DNA from: Macrostomum hystrix
Lineage: Eukaryota; Animalia; Platyhelminthes
Direction: 5' to 3'
NCBI GenBank assembly: GCA_950097015.1
Contig: CATNEN010000003.1
Coordinates: forward strand, 2,542,001 to 2,606,000
DNA: 64,000 nt
Part shown: positions 12,128 through 42,985 of the stretch, one piece after another
Position numbering within the stretch: position 1 is the first letter of the stretch
Layout of the letters: every line of letters begins with the position of its first letter
Program-made: the position numbers and the translations under genes
Notes under the pieces: generated by a model
The model's input: only the letters and a program-made list of their open reading frames with translations
Told to the model about the DNA's origin: nothing
Database searches by the model: none

Positions 12128-14018
12128 CTTCAGGTGTGTCAGTCAGTACTCATTCAGATCCTTCAGGAGTGTCAGTCAGTACTCATTCAGGTACTTCAGG
12201 AGTGTCAGTCAGTACTCATTCAGGTACTTCAGGAGTGTCAGTCAGTACTCATTCAGATCCTTCAGGTGTGTCAGTCAGTACTCAATCAGGTATACTTCAG
12301 GAGTGTCAGTCAGTACTCATTCAGGTACTTCAGGTGTGTCAGTCAGTACTCATTCAGGTACTTCAGGAGTCTCAGTCAGTACTCATTCAGGTACTTCAGG
12401 AGTGTCAGTCAGTACTCATTCAGGTAGTTCAGGAGTGTCAGTCAGTACTCAATCAGGTATACTTCAGGTGTGTCAGTCAGTACTCATTCGGGTATAATTC
12501 AGGTGTGTCAGTCAGTACTCATTCAGATCCTTCAAGTGTGTCAGTCAGTACTCATTCACGTACTTCAGGTGTGTCAGTCAGTACTCATTCAGATCCTTCA
12601 GGTGTGTCAGTCAGTACTCGATCAGGTATACTTCAGGTGTGTCAGTCAGTACTCATTCAGGTACTTCAGGAGTGTCAGTCAGTACTCATTCAGGTACTTC
12701 AGGAGTGTCAGTCAGTACTCTTTCAGGTATACTTCAGGTGTGTCAGTCAGTACTCGATCAGGTATACTTCAGGTGTGTCAGTCAGTACTCATTCAGGTAC
12801 TTCAGGAGTGTCAGTCAGTACTCCTTCAGGTACTTCAGGAGTGTCAGTCAGTACTCTTTCAGGTATACTTCAGGTGTGTCAGTCAGTACTCATTCACGTA
12901 CTTCAGGAGTGTCAGTCAGTACTCATTCAGGTACCTCAGGAGTGTCAGTCAGTACTCCTTCAGGTACTTCAGGAGTGTCAGTCAGTACTCTTTCAGGTAT
13001 AATTCAGGTGTGTCAGTCAGTACTCATTCAGATCCTTCAGGTGTGTCAGTCAGTACTCATTCAGATACTTCAGGAGTGTCAGTCAGTACTCATTCAGATC
13101 CTTCAGGAGTCTCAGTCAGTACTCATTCAGGTACTTCAGGAGTCTCAGTCAGTACTCATTCAGATCCTTCAGGTGTGTCAGTCAGTACTCGATCAGGTAT
13201 ACTTCAGGTGTGTCAGTCAGTACTCATTCAGGTACTTCAGGAGTCTCAGTCAGTACTCATTCAGGTACTTCAGGAGTGTCAGTCAGTACTCATTCAGGTA
13301 CTTCAGGAGTGACAGTCAGTACTCATTCAGATACTTCAGGAGTGTCAGTCAGTACTCATTCAGGTATACTTCAGGTGTGTCAGTCAGTACTCATTCAGAT
13401 CCTTCAGGAGTCTCAGTCAGTACTCATTCAGGTACTTCAGGAGTCTCAGTCAGTACTCATTCAGGTACTTCAGGTGTGTCAGTCAGTACTCATTCAGGTA
13501 TACTTCAGGAGTCTCAGTCAGTACTCATTCAGGTACTTCAGGTGTGTCAGTCAGTACTCATTCAGATCCTTCAGGAGTCTCAGTCAGTACTCATTCAGGT
13601 ACTTCAGGAGTCTCAGTCAGTACTCATTCAGGTACTTCAGGTGTGTCAGTCAGTACTCATTCAGGTACTTCAGGAGTCTCAGTCAGTACTCATTCAGGTA
13701 CTTCAGGAGTCTCAGTCAGTACTCATTCAGGTACTTCAGGAGTCTCAGTCAGTACTCATTCAGGTACTTCAGGTGTGTCAGTCAGTACTCATTCACGTAC
13801 TTCAGGAGTGTCAGTCAGTACTTATTCAGGTACTTCAGGAGTGTCAGTCAGTACTCATTCAGGTACTTCAGGAGTGTCAGTCAGTACTCATTCAGGTACT
13901 TCAGGAGTGTCAGTCAGTACTCATTCAGGTACTTCAGGTGTGTCCAGTCAGTACTCATTCAGGTACTTCAGGTGTGTCAGTCAGTACTCATTCAGGTACT
14001 TCAGGTGTGTCCAGTCAG
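12128..14018. repeat. 33-bp tandem minisatellite with 35-bp variants (tcagtcagtactcattcaggtacttcaggagtg)
   Basis: More than 50 direct copies. Source of the spurious SGVSVSTHSGT/QECQSVLIQVL ORFs. Confidence 0.96.
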
Positions 14019-14367
14019 TAAACAACTAGATATATTTACTAGTTGCATTGTTATATTTCTCAAACTGAGTAAGGTTGCATTGATTGCGGCATAGTTAACT
14101 AAACTACCATATGAGTTCTCCCAAAACAGTCCCATTTCTTCTTGCTTTGACTAGCTATCGTGTGAAATAGTCAGTAGGTTAACAAATCTTTATGATTCGC
14201 CAAATGCGATACTGTTTACAAATCGATAGGACAGATAAGAATTAACTATAGAAGTGTTTGAGATTTGTAAATGCTTAGTAAAATCTCAAACTTGGAAAAC
14301 TAAATAGTAGGATTTTGAATCGGTTTGTGTTTAATACTTGTAGTTAATTAGGCCTACAAAGTCAAGG

Positions 14368-19062
<4,695 letters not shown>

Positions 19063-19189
19063 GTTTTTCTGTTTGACTAACTTTTTGACGACACAAAAAT
19101 TTTTTTAAGGGTTTTTGGATATTTGTACGAACTACTATCCAAGAGTAAAATAAGACAAATACGCAGGATGTGGCAAGAGAAAATTGCAC

Positions 19190-19565
19190 CCGCCAATCAG
19201 CGTCGAGGAGGGGTGGTGCAAATTGGTGCGACACCAGCCAATTAGCGTCGAGGAGGGGTGAAGGAAAGTTGACACCAGTAAATTAGCGTGTCGAGGAGGG
19301 TGAAGGAAAGTTATGCGACACCAGCCAATTAGCGTCGAGGAGGGGTGAAGGAAAGTTGACACCAGTAAATTAGCGTGTCGAGTAGGGTGAAGGAAAGTTA
19401 TGCGACACCAGCCAATTAGCGTCGAGGAGGGGTGAAGGAAAGTTGACACCAGTAAATTAGCGTGTCGAGGAGGGTGAAGGAAAGTTATGCGACACCAGCC
19501 AATGAGCTTCGAGGAGGGTGATAAAAAGTTGGGCGACAACACCCAATTAGCGTCGAGGAGGGGTG
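19190..19565. repeat. Dimeric 87-bp (41+46) tandem repeat just downstream of the TDO stop
   Basis: gacaccagta recurs at 19271, 19358 and 19445, with two alternating related subunits. Confidence 0.88.
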
Positions 19566-20394
19566 CTGGATCTAAGGTCACGTGACATATATGTTGCGTT
19601 TCTTAGATTTCTGTCAAGGGCTGGTTTTAAACTAGGTTGCACTGGGGTGAGTTTTCATGTTGATATTAGGTTAAAATAAAATTTACAGCTCAAAACTTAC
19701 AAAACAGATCCAGGAAAATGCTGTTAAAATTCAGCATCTCAACGACAATAAATCGTAAAACAAGCTAATCGTATTTCATAAAGCGAAGGTAATGCTATTC
19801 TCATTTTGCCCTCGAATTCCTATCTACGAGTATTTGGTCCCTATTTATATTTGAGAAAACAAACATGCAAAAATGATACTTATAGTAATACTGTACGCTT
19901 ATTTATCGTGTGGTTGGTTAAAATTTGTTGATTGATGTCAGCAACGCACGAAATCACGGGGCATAATGACAAGTGCTATTGTACTTATACAATGTCGTGA
20001 AAAAATATACTGCACTGGTTTCTGTTATTGTTTCTGATTGCCTTTGAAGTCATTGTTCAGCAACTGGTTCTGCACAATCTAACAAGGACCTCGCGTACGT
20101 TCACAAAAGCTAGTTTGGCAGAAACTGGAATCTATTGAAATTAAAAACACCTGATGCTAACGAACTATAATGAAACAGAAGGAAATATGTAATCATAATT
20201 TGAGAATACATCACTCGGAGGCGAAATAGACGAGATGGGACTCAAATTAATCTCTAGTATCCACTGTAGTGACACACACCTAAACGATGTCTCTTAATTA
20301 GTTGCTTTAGACTGGCATGGCTGGTGACGTAAATGCTATCATCACTTTCCCCTTTTACCTCCTTTCAATGCACTGTCTCTCTTCTCAAACTTTT

Positions 20395-21190
20395 CAGTCT
20401 ACTCTGTCTACTTCTCTCTGTGCTCTGTCTACTTCTCTCTGTGCTCTGTCTACTTCTCTCTGTGCTCTGTCTACTTCTCTCTGTGCTCTGTCTACTTCTC
20501 TCTCTACTCTGTCTAATTCTCTCTGTGCTCTGTCTACTTCTCTCTCTACTCTGTCTAATTCTCTCTGTGCTCTGTCTACTTCTCTCTGTGTTCTGTCTAC
20601 TTCTCTCTCTACTCTGTCTCCCTCTCCCTCTACTCTGTCTTCTTCTTTCTCTACTCAGTCTATTTCTCTCTCTACTCTGTCTACTTCTTTCTCTACACTG
20701 TCTACTTCTCTCTCTACTCTGTCTAATTCTCTCTGTGCTCTGTCTACTTCTCTCTGTGTTCTGTCTACTTCTCTCTCTACTCTGTCTCCCTCTCCCTCTA
20801 CTCTGTCTACTTCTTTCTCTACTCTGTCTACTTCTCTCTCTACTCTGTCTAATTCTCTCTGTGCTCTGTCTACTTCTCTCTCTACTCTGTCTAATTCTCT
20901 CTGTGCTCTGTCTACTTCTCTCTGTGTTCTGTCTACTTCTCTCTCTACTCTGTCTCCCTCTCCCTCTACTCTGTCTTCTTCTTTCTCTACTCAGTCTATT
21001 TCTCTCTCTACTCTGTCTACTTCTTTCTCTACACTGTCTACTTCTCTCTCTACTCTGTCTACTTTTCAGTCTACTCAGTTTTTTCTCTCTCTACTCTGTC
21101 TCTCTATCCTTCTACTTTGTCTACTTCTCTCTCTACTCTGTCTATTTCTATCTCTACTCAGTCTCCTTCTCTATCTACTCTCTCTCTCCA
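20395..21190. repeat. 21-bp CT-rich minisatellite (ctctgtctacttctctctgtg and variants)
   Basis: Direct tandem copies. Source of the LSTSLCA ORFs. Confidence 0.92.
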
Positions 21191-22699
21191 TTGTAACCGT
21201 CACTATACTCAGTTTTCCTATCTGTTTAAGCCATCTCTGTCAAAGCAGCCTCAGTAAGGCACTAATCATCCGTTCTTTAGCTGATCCTCAGTGACGCATC
21301 TGTCAGATATTTTAAAAGTGCACGCCCATTATCTTGTAGCCCTCCCAGGGCAGAAAGGGTACGAACGGGGTAGCGATTTGCGTCCCGTGTGTGTACTTTT
21401 AAAACTGATCTATTAAAATATCTATATTCGAAAATTTCTACGAAAATTATTTTGCTCACCTAACGCACCGATTCAACCCTCCATTTGGCCCTTGTTTGCG
21501 TGTTTTCAACGGAATTAAACAGCAGATATCATCGCCCAGTTCTCATAGATACTTAACATACACGACTTTAATTAAAATAAAGCACATTTCATTTAATGAT
21601 ATTTGCTTTTACACTAAGTCGCAAGCCAACGATTCTTCATAAATGAATATGGGGAGAAATCGTCGGTTATAATTATACATCACAATTCCTGAGGTTGTAT
21701 TTAAATTTTGAATTAATTGAGCAACCAATTTTGTTTATTGTGTTTATTGTGTTTAAACCGCAGGTATCGTGGATATAAAATTCATAAAAAAAATTAAATA
21801 AAATCTCCGAAACGGAAACCACAAAAGGAAGTGCCTTTCAGAGCTGATAAATCAGTTGCTATATTTCTAATTATTGCATCACTGATAAGATGCAGGGCAG
21901 TTATGCACTTTTATTAAAGGTTTGGCTAGAACTGAACAATGGATGATTAACATGTACTTTATAAATTTCTCCAAATTTATTTATTTTTATAATTATTCTA
22001 GAAAACTTTGCATTTTCTAAAAACTGTCTTTGTCTTCGTACTAAGAATTGAGAAGGAAATGAATTATAAAATATAAAAATAAACATATTTGCATATTTAC
22101 AAATTAATTAGTACGTGTTAAAAAATCCGTTTTTCTAAGAAACTAAATCTTCGACACTCGTTATAAATTTCCGGATTTTTATTTCTAATGCTTATGTTGA
22201 CTTGGTGAGAGTGTTATACAAAAAACTGCGGTTTTTTAAACGAAGGGCTTTCTAATTATACTGAAAATTTAATAAAATGGATGTAAACACATCACATAGT
22301 TATTATTGTTAACTTTGATGCTTATTCATTAACTGCCAGACGTTTTAATGAGTTAATTGATTCTTTTTATCGTGAAAGGCAAATTAGAGTTAAGACAATC
22401 TCATTCAGAAAATTCGACAAAGAAAATAAATTCACAATCAACTTTGTGATTCCAAAGATGAATCGCATATTAAAGTGAATTTCTCCTCTACAAAGCAACT
22501 ATTTGCATAACACTTTATTCGTAAACCACTCGTCGACGTCAACATGACATTGACTTTCATTTGCACATCTTCATTCTTATATTCAAAAAATAAATTGATA
22601 GAATTACAAGATGAGAAGTTGGAAAGTGTTTGCTATAATAATAACTTCCCTTCATGTTTACTAAGAGATAAGAGTTTATCCTATACACATCATCCCTCC

Positions 22700-23010
22700 C
22701 AGCCAACCCCATCGTCACACTCTCATCCCCATTCTCATAGTCTCATCCCCATTCTCACACTCTCATGCCTATTCTCATAAGTCTCATCCCCATCCTCACA
22801 CTCTCACCCTTATTCTCATAGTCGCACCCCCATCCTCACACTCTCACCCCTATTTTCTCATAGTCTCATCCCCATCCTCACACTCTCACCCTTATTCTCA
22901 TAGTCGCATCCCCATCCTCACACTCTCACCCCTATTTTCTCATAGTCTCATCCCCATCCTCACACTCTCACCCTTATTCTCATTGCCTCATCCCAATTTC
23001 TATAGTCTCG
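22700..23010. repeat. About 20-bp degenerate minisatellite (ctcatccccatcctcacact)
   Basis: Tandem copies with alternating variants. Confidence 0.82.
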
Positions 23011-23349
23011 TTTTTCACCGGCTTCAGCTCATATTGCCACCTTACAAGGTATTTTAGGCAAACATTGTTCATTTCCTAAATGATCATGACGTCATGCTTT
23101 TGATTAGAAAGTTCTTCTTTTATCAAAAAATCCCTACACTATCGCCTCGTTAGAAGCAGTATTTCAATCCTCTGAAATTTTCGCCTCTGAGACTTAAGCT
23201 ACTAACCGCAACAATCAAAGTCAGCTTCCTAGAAATAGTCTTTGATCCTGCTTTAAAACTCGTATCTCTCGCCGTTTTCGCAGAAGGCATCATAGCTAGA
23301 CCGTGGAATGAAATAAAGAACCGTAGCTTCAAAATTGCAGCAATATCAG

Positions 23350-24200
23350 TATATAGAATCACAGCAAGAATCACAGCAAGAATCACCGAAAGAATCACAG
23401 TAAGAATCACAGCTCGTATGGAATCTAGAATCGCAGCTAGAATCGCAGCTAGAATCGCAGCTAAAATCAAAGCTGGAATCGCAGCTAAAATCACAGCTAT
23501 AATCACAGCTATAATCGCAGATAGAATCGCAGCTAGAATCGTAGCTAAAACGTAGCTAGAATCTAAGCTAGAATCGCAGCAAGAATCGCAGCTAGAATCG
23601 CAGCTAGAATCGCAGTTAGAAACGCAGCTAGAATCGCAGCTAGAATCGCAGTTAGAAACGCAGCTAGAATCGCAGCTAGAATCACAGCAAGAATCACGAA
23701 AGAATCACAGTAAGAATCACAGCTCGTATGGAATCTAGAATCGCAGCTAGAATCGCAGCTAAAATCAAAGCTGGAATCGCAGCTATAATCACAGCTATAA
23801 TCGCAGATAGAATCGCAGCTAGAATGGTAGCTAAAACGTAGCTAGAATCTAAGCTAGAATCACAGCAAGAATCGCAGCTAGAATCGCAGCTAGAATTGCA
23901 GTTAGAAACGCAGTTAGAAACGCAGTTAGAAACGCAGCTAGAATCGCAGCTAGAATCGCAGCTAGAATCACAGCTAGAATCGCAGCTAGAATCGCAGCTA
24001 GAATCGCAGCTAGAATCGCAGCTAGAATCGCAGCTAGAATCGTAGCTAAAACGTAGCTAGAATCTAAGCTAGAATCACAGCAAGAATCGCAGCAAGAATC
24101 GCAGCTAGAATCAAAGCTATAATCGCAGCTAGAATCGCAGCTAGAATAGCAGCAAGAATCGCAGCAAGAATCGCAGCTAGAATCGCAGCTAGAATTGTAG
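23350..24200. repeat. 12-bp minisatellite (agctagaatcgc)
   Basis: About 70 copies with an internal higher-order duplication. Confidence 0.93.
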
Positions 24201-24479
24201 TTAGTAGCCAAGTTGACTCGCGAAAAAGAAGGTGCGGGCGAACTCGAGTTCCATACCTGAGTAAACAGATTAAGCGCCAACGGGTTTTACGCGTAAAGAG
24301 CAACAATGATGACGCACGGATCTGCGGATTGTGATGTAGTTGTTACTTAATGGAAGCTCTCCCTGTAAGATGGAAAATGCTACTTAGCAGATTGATCTGA
24401 TCACATTTAACTCATCAACAACGGGCGGTCATGAAGCATGAAACCGGTTCGCGGAATGTTTACCTGGCAAGAGTGCCTC

Positions 24480-26180
24480 ACAGGTGACCTCTCGTATCTA
24501 ACAGGTGACTATAACATCTAACAGGTGACTATAACATCTAACAGGTGACTATAACATCTAACAGGTGACTATAACATCTAACAGGTGACTATAACATCTA
24601 ACAGGTGACTATAACATCTAACAGGTGACTATAACATCTAACAGGTGACTATAACATCTAACAGGTGACTATAACATCTAACAGGTGACTATAACATCTA
24701 ACAGGTGACTATAACATCTAACAGGTGACTATAACATCTAACAGGTGACTATAACATCTAACAGGTGACTATAACATCTAACAGGTGACTATAACATCTA
24801 ACAGGCGACTCTAATATCTAACAGGTGACTATAATATCTAACAGAGGTGACTATAACATCTAACAGGCGACTCTAATATCTAACAGGTGACTATAACATC
24901 TAACAGGTGACTGTAATATCTAACAGGTGACTATAATATCTAACAGGCCACTCTAATATCTAACAGGCGACTATAACATCTAACAGGTGACTCTAATATC
25001 TAACAGGCCACTCTAATATCTAACAGGTGACTATAACATCTAACAGGCGACTCTAATATCTAACAGGTGACTATAATATCTAACAGGCGACTCTAATATC
25101 TAACAGGTGACTGTAATATCTAACAGGCGACTCTAATATCTAACAGGTGACTGTAATATCTAACAGGTGACTATAACATCTAACAGGCGACTCTAATATC
25201 TAAAAGGTGACTCTAATATCTAACAGGTGACTATAATATCTAACAGGTGACTAAAACATCTAACAGGTGACTCTAATATCTAACAGGCGACTCTAATATC
25301 TAACAGGCCACTCTAATATCTAACAGGTGACTATAACATCTAACAGGCGACTCTAATATCTAACAGGTGACTATAATATCTAACAGGCGACTCTAATATC
25401 TAACAGGTGACTGTAATATCTAACAGGCGACTCTAATATCTAACAGGTGACTGTAATATCTAACAGGTGACTATAATATCTAACAGGCGACTCTAATATC
25501 TAACAGGTGACTGTAATATCTAACAGGCGACTATAATATCTAACAGGCGACTATAACATCTAACAGGCGACTCTAATATCTAACAGGTGACTGTAATATC
25601 TAACAGGCGACTCTAATATCTAACAGGCCACTCTAATATCTAACAGGTGACTATAACATCTAACAGGCGACTCTAATATCTAACAGGTGACTATAACATC
25701 TAACAGGCGACTCTAATATCTAACAGGTGACTATAACATCTAACAGGCGACTCTAATATCTAACAGGTGACTATAACATCTAACAGGCGACTCTAATATC
25801 TAACAGGTGACTATAATATCTAACAGGCGACTCTAATATCTAACAGGTGACTGTAATATCTAACAGGCGACTCTAATATCTAACAGGTGACTGTAATATC
25901 TAACAGGTGACTATAATATCTAACAGGCGACTCTAATATCTAACAGGCGACTGTAATATCTAACAGGCGACTCTAATATCTAACAGGCCACTCTAATATC
26001 TAACAGGTGACTCTAATATCTAACAGGTGACTCTAATATCTAACAGGTGACTATAACATCTAACAGGTGACTAAAAAATCTAAAAGGTGACCCTAATGTC
26101 TAACAGGTGACTCTAATATCTAACAGGTGACCCTAATGTCTATCAGATGACTATGATATCTATCAGGTGACTCTTATGTC
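24480..26180. repeat. 20-bp minisatellite (taacaggtgactataacatc)
   Basis: About 85 copies. The first ~15 are identical and the rest are variant mixtures. Confidence 0.96.
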
Positions 26181-26849
26181 GTACTCTTTATTTATTGAAG
26201 TGTTAATTCATAACAATAATACGTTATCGTTAAGGCAAATTGGTAAATAGATTTTTTCCAGAAGGCATCCAGAAGGCAAAGATTAGATAAGGTAACCTGC
26301 TGAGCAAGTAATTACGTATCAATAAAAAAGTAGATTAGATATGCTTTCTTCGAAACGCATCTAGTACATAGGGCTACTTGAAACCCTGCCCCACCCAAAA
26401 GTGAGTAGACACACACACACACCTCTCATTATTAGCCAGTGCCAGTAAGATCAAGTCAAACTGGGGCGACCAATAACCAACCAATGAGCTGAAAGGCATC
26501 TGTTTGAGGATTGCTAAAGGACAGCAAGGGAGAAAACAGGGCTTTAGAAAGGTTCTTGGTGGCTGATATCCCCTCGCACACCCACCCAGGCGCCTGGTTG
26601 TAAAAAATTGGCATAAAAAGGGGCTGAATGCGTGGCGATCGAATCGAACGAAAGACTTCAATTTTTCCTAGTTTTTATTCTAAATAGTTTCTATTTCAAA
26701 AAAGGGAAGGCAAGTCCAAGTAGCAACTCAAAACAGCTGGTTTAATTGTGAGTTCTGTCTCATATTGATATTCTCCTATTAATTTTTGTAAAATTTCATT
26801 ACTGAAAGTACGTGTACCATGTGAATATTTTGAGAATAGAGATAATTAT

Positions 26850-28203
26850 AAAGATAAGGATAGATGTTAGAATAGAGAGGGGATAGAAATAAGTACAGAG
26901 AGTGGATAGAGATAAGGATACATAATTGATATAAATAAGGATAGATAGTGGGTAGAGATAAGGACAGAGAGTAGGTATAATAAGGACAGAGAGTAGGTAG
27001 AGATAAGGACAGAGAGTAGGTAGAGATAAGGACAGAGAGTAGGTAGAGATAAGGACAGAGAGTAGGTAGAGATAAGGACAGAGAGTAGGTAGAGATAAGG
27101 ACAGAGAGTAGGTAGAGATAAGGACAGAGAGTAGGTAGAGATAAGGACAGAGAGTATGTAGAGATAATGACAGAGAGTGGGTAGAGATAAGGACAGAGAG
27201 TAGGTAGAGATAATGACAGAGAGTGGGTAGAGATAAGGACAGAGAGTAGGTAGAGATAAGGACAGAGAGTAGGTAGAGATAAGGACAGAGAGTAGGTAGA
27301 GATAAGAACAGAGAGTGGGTAGAGATAAGGACAGAGAGTAGGTAGAGATAAGGACAGAGAGTGGGTAGAGATAAGGACAGAGAGTAGGTAGAGATAAGGA
27401 CAGAGAGTAGGTAGAGATAATGACAGAGAGTGGGTAGAGATAAGGACAGAGAGTAGGTAGAGATAAGGACAGAGAGTGGGTAGAGATAAGGACAGAGAGT
27501 GGGTAGAGATAAGGACAGAGAGTAGGTAGAGATAAGGACAGAGAGTAGGTAGAGATAAGGACAGAGAGTAGGTAGAGATAATGACAGAGAGTGGGTAGAG
27601 ATAAGGACAGAGAGTGGGTAGAGATAAGGACAGAGAGTGGGTAGAGATAAGGACAGAGAGTAGGTAGAGATAAGGACAGAGAGTAGGTAGAGATAAGAAC
27701 AGAGAGTGGGTAGAGATAAGGACAGAGAGTGGGTAGAGATAAGGACAGAGAGTGGGTAGAGATAAGGACAGAGAGTGGGTAGAGATAAGGACAGAGAGTA
27801 GGTAGAGATAAGGACAGAGAGTGGGTAGAGATAAGGACAGAGAGTGGGTAGAGATAAGGATAGAGAGTGGGTAGAGATAAGGACAGAGAGTGGGTAGAGA
27901 TAAGGATAGAGAGTGGGTAGAGATAAGGACAGAGAGTGGGTAGAGATAAGGACAGAGAGTGGGTAGAGATAAGGACAGAGAGTAGGTAGAGATAAGGACA
28001 GAGAGTGGGTAGAGATAAGGACAGAGAGTGGGTAGAGATAAGGATAGAGAGTGGGTAGAGATAAGAACAGAGAGTGGGTAGAGATAAGGACAGAGAGTGG
28101 GTAGAGATAAGGACAGAGAGTGGGTAGAGATAAGGACAGAGAGTGGGTAGAGATAAGGACAGAGAGTGGGTAGAGATAAGGACAGAGAGTGGGTAGAGAT
28201 AAG
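26850..28203. repeat. 23-bp minisatellite (gagataaggacagagagtgggta), left arm of an inverted pair
   Basis: About 55 copies. Confidence 0.95.
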
Positions 28204-28877
28204 CGTAATGCAGACAATTTTAGAGTTAATAAAGAACAGAGTCACCTTTCAATTGCCAGTAAGGTGACTTGGCAGAAATTCCCCATTCATGCACTTTCTT
28301 TCATTGCTTGAGTTGATCCTGCTGCTGCTCAATCTCTGCCTTTTCTCTCCTTGTTTTTCTCCCTCTCTCTTTTTTATTGGCATTCAACAAAACGTCACCC
28401 TGATTGTTTTAAAAATTGTCGATTTTTTAAACTGAGATTAAAATTTGCGGAATATTCAGTGTATGTGTACATGAGAATGAACTGAGTCCGATACTCAATA
28501 ATGACTCATTGTACTTCTAGTGTGCAATAAAGGAATTCCTTAATTCGGAGTTCTGCCAGAGCAGTGCCAGAGCATTGAGAAATTTCTGCTTTTCATTTAG
28601 CACTCCTGCCCATTTTTTGGTATTTTTCTGTCCCTCTGTCTCTCTCATTCTTTCTCACCCAATGTACCCTGTCTTAGCCATGTGTTCAACCCTTTCTACA
28701 GTCCATTAATTTTTTTTATTTTTTGCACTTCTATTTTACCCGCAAATTGCATCCGTGCGATTGCTTTAGAGAACCACAAGGTATATGAGCTGCCTTCTTT
28801 GGATAAGAGTGCACGATGTACTTTTAGGGTAACAACTTTACTTGTGAATATTACGTTTCAGTTTTTTCGTTTCTCTG

Positions 28878-29190
28878 CCTACTCTCTATCCTTATCTCTA
28901 CCCGCTCTCTATCCTTATCTCTACCCGCTCTCTATCCTTATCTCTACCCGCTCTCTATCCTTATCTCTACCCACTCTCTATCCTTATCTCTACCCAATCT
29001 CTGTCCTTATCTCTACCCACTCTCTGTCCTTATCTCTACCCACTCTCTATCCTTATCTCTAACCACTCTCTATCCTTATCTCTACCCACTCTCTATCCTT
29101 ATCTCTACCCACTCTCTATCCTTATCTCTACCCAATCTCTGTCCTTATCTCAACCCACTCTGTCTTTATCTCTACCCACTCTCAGTCCCT
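28878..29190. repeat. Same 23-bp minisatellite in inverted orientation (right arm)
   Basis: tacccactctct[a/g]tccttatctc is the reverse complement of the 26.9-28.2 kb unit. About 13 copies. Confidence 0.93.
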
Positions 29191-29579
29191 ATATATATAT
29201 ATTCACTCCGAGTCCTTATTTCTATGCACTATTTATTCTTATCCCTTTTACCTGTTCGAATCGCACATCGCACTTACAATGGCTCGTTGCCCATCGTTTT
29301 ATTCGCTTTTAAATCATTCCCGCCTAGATTTGAGTCGCGACGAAAAGTTTGAGCACGAACTTGAAAAAAACCAACCCCAGTACTCCCAGAACTAAGGAAA
29401 CTGTTTATGTTCAATTTAGGCTATATTTGGCTTTTTAGCCAACGAAGATAGAGATAAAAAGGCTGTCTGGCCAGTGCTTTTTTAATTCTCAAACTCAGCG
29501 GCTTAGCAGATTTAGGATTGCGAAATAAACTGATTGCCAAAAATCAACACTCAGTTTTTGATTGTTAATGAAGACTGGG

Positions 29580-29724
<145 letters not shown>

Positions 29725-30070
29725 GCTATAAAAACAGCCAAGTATTTTTACAATTCAGAAAATATCATTCACGCTGTTATTTTCATCTGAACAGAACGTG
29801 ACAACAGCTTCCTAGTTAGGTATTTGGAAGGTAAGACTCGATTTTAAGGTAATTAGGTAACTGTTTGACAGCTTTAAGCAAGACAAGATCACTCAGGGAC
29901 ACGAGAGTGGTGTGTTGATTGTCGAGATCCTGTTTTCGAATCTGTTTCCAATGCAGAGTGTATCTATAGTTACACTGGGGTACAGCTAAATTTAGTACGA
30001 AAACACTAACTCCACTGATGAAACTGTTGCTGAAGTGCTCAAATATTTATCATAGAAATCGACAGCATAG

Positions 30071-30230
30071 AATAATAATAATAATAACAGATTACACCTG
30101 CCCCTACGCGCGGCGTATCTGAAGGTTGGTTACGGATGTTTAGTCCATGGACATTGGGTAGGACGCCACACCCATCCATAATTACCCCACGGGAATCGAA
30201 CCCCCGACTTTCAAGTTGTGAGTCCAAACG
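30071..30230 (-). mobile_element. SINE family A, internally deleted copy
   Basis: (AAT)n tail at 30071-30087, agtccatggac, gacgccacaccc, and ggaatcgaacccccgactttcaagttgtgagtcc. Confidence 0.75.
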
Positions 30231-30966
30231 CGACCTAGATGACTTAATAAGGAAATTAAATATCTTGCTTCAGTACGAAATTTACTCCTTTCGGCGTGGT
30301 GGGGAGTAGCAGGGCGGTCTCCCCTCCGCTAGGGGGTCCCTAGACTCAAATGAGGGGGTCCCTAGACTCAAATGCTTGAGCTTGTCGCTTGCAAGGACCA
30401 ATAGAAGAAGAAGAACGGGACACTTTGTTTCTTAGAAAATGTATTAAAAGCAGATTTTCATGGAAACATGCACTAGTGAGCTTGAAACTTTTCAGATTAA
30501 AATGATGATAACTTTTTATTGAAACATATCTAATGCTGTTCTTTTAATATATCTTGCAAAACAAGTTGCTTCAACGAATTTTAGAAAGCTTCATTTATGA
30601 ATAATTAATCTTCATTTTGTTTTCGCTTATTTTCAATAAAGCACAATAGCTAGTCAAAAGCGATCTCGTGGCTGATTCAATTTTACAGTCGCTTTCAAAA
30701 TAAGTATACCTCAATTATGAAAATAACGATTGGTTGCTAAGTAAAAAAAGATTATCAATTGATTTATTTTTTTATCAATTTATCAAATTACTATCTCGCT
30801 CGTGTATTTCCCGTGAAAATCTGCCTTTAATAAATTTTCCAAGAAACGAAGTGTCCCATCCTTCTTCTTCTAGTGGTCCTTGGTCGCTTGTTGTTCGATT
30901 GAAGCCCTTGACAGCCAACCGCCAAGACACAGCTGAGATAGATATTTGCATTTGATTTAGCAGTCG

Positions 30967-42985
<12,019 letters not shown>

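Noticed and set aside
12067-14094. Long ORFs (311-460 aa) of SGVSVSTHSGT-type repeats
   Set aside because: Open in all three frames simply because the 33-bp unit lacks stops. No coding signal.
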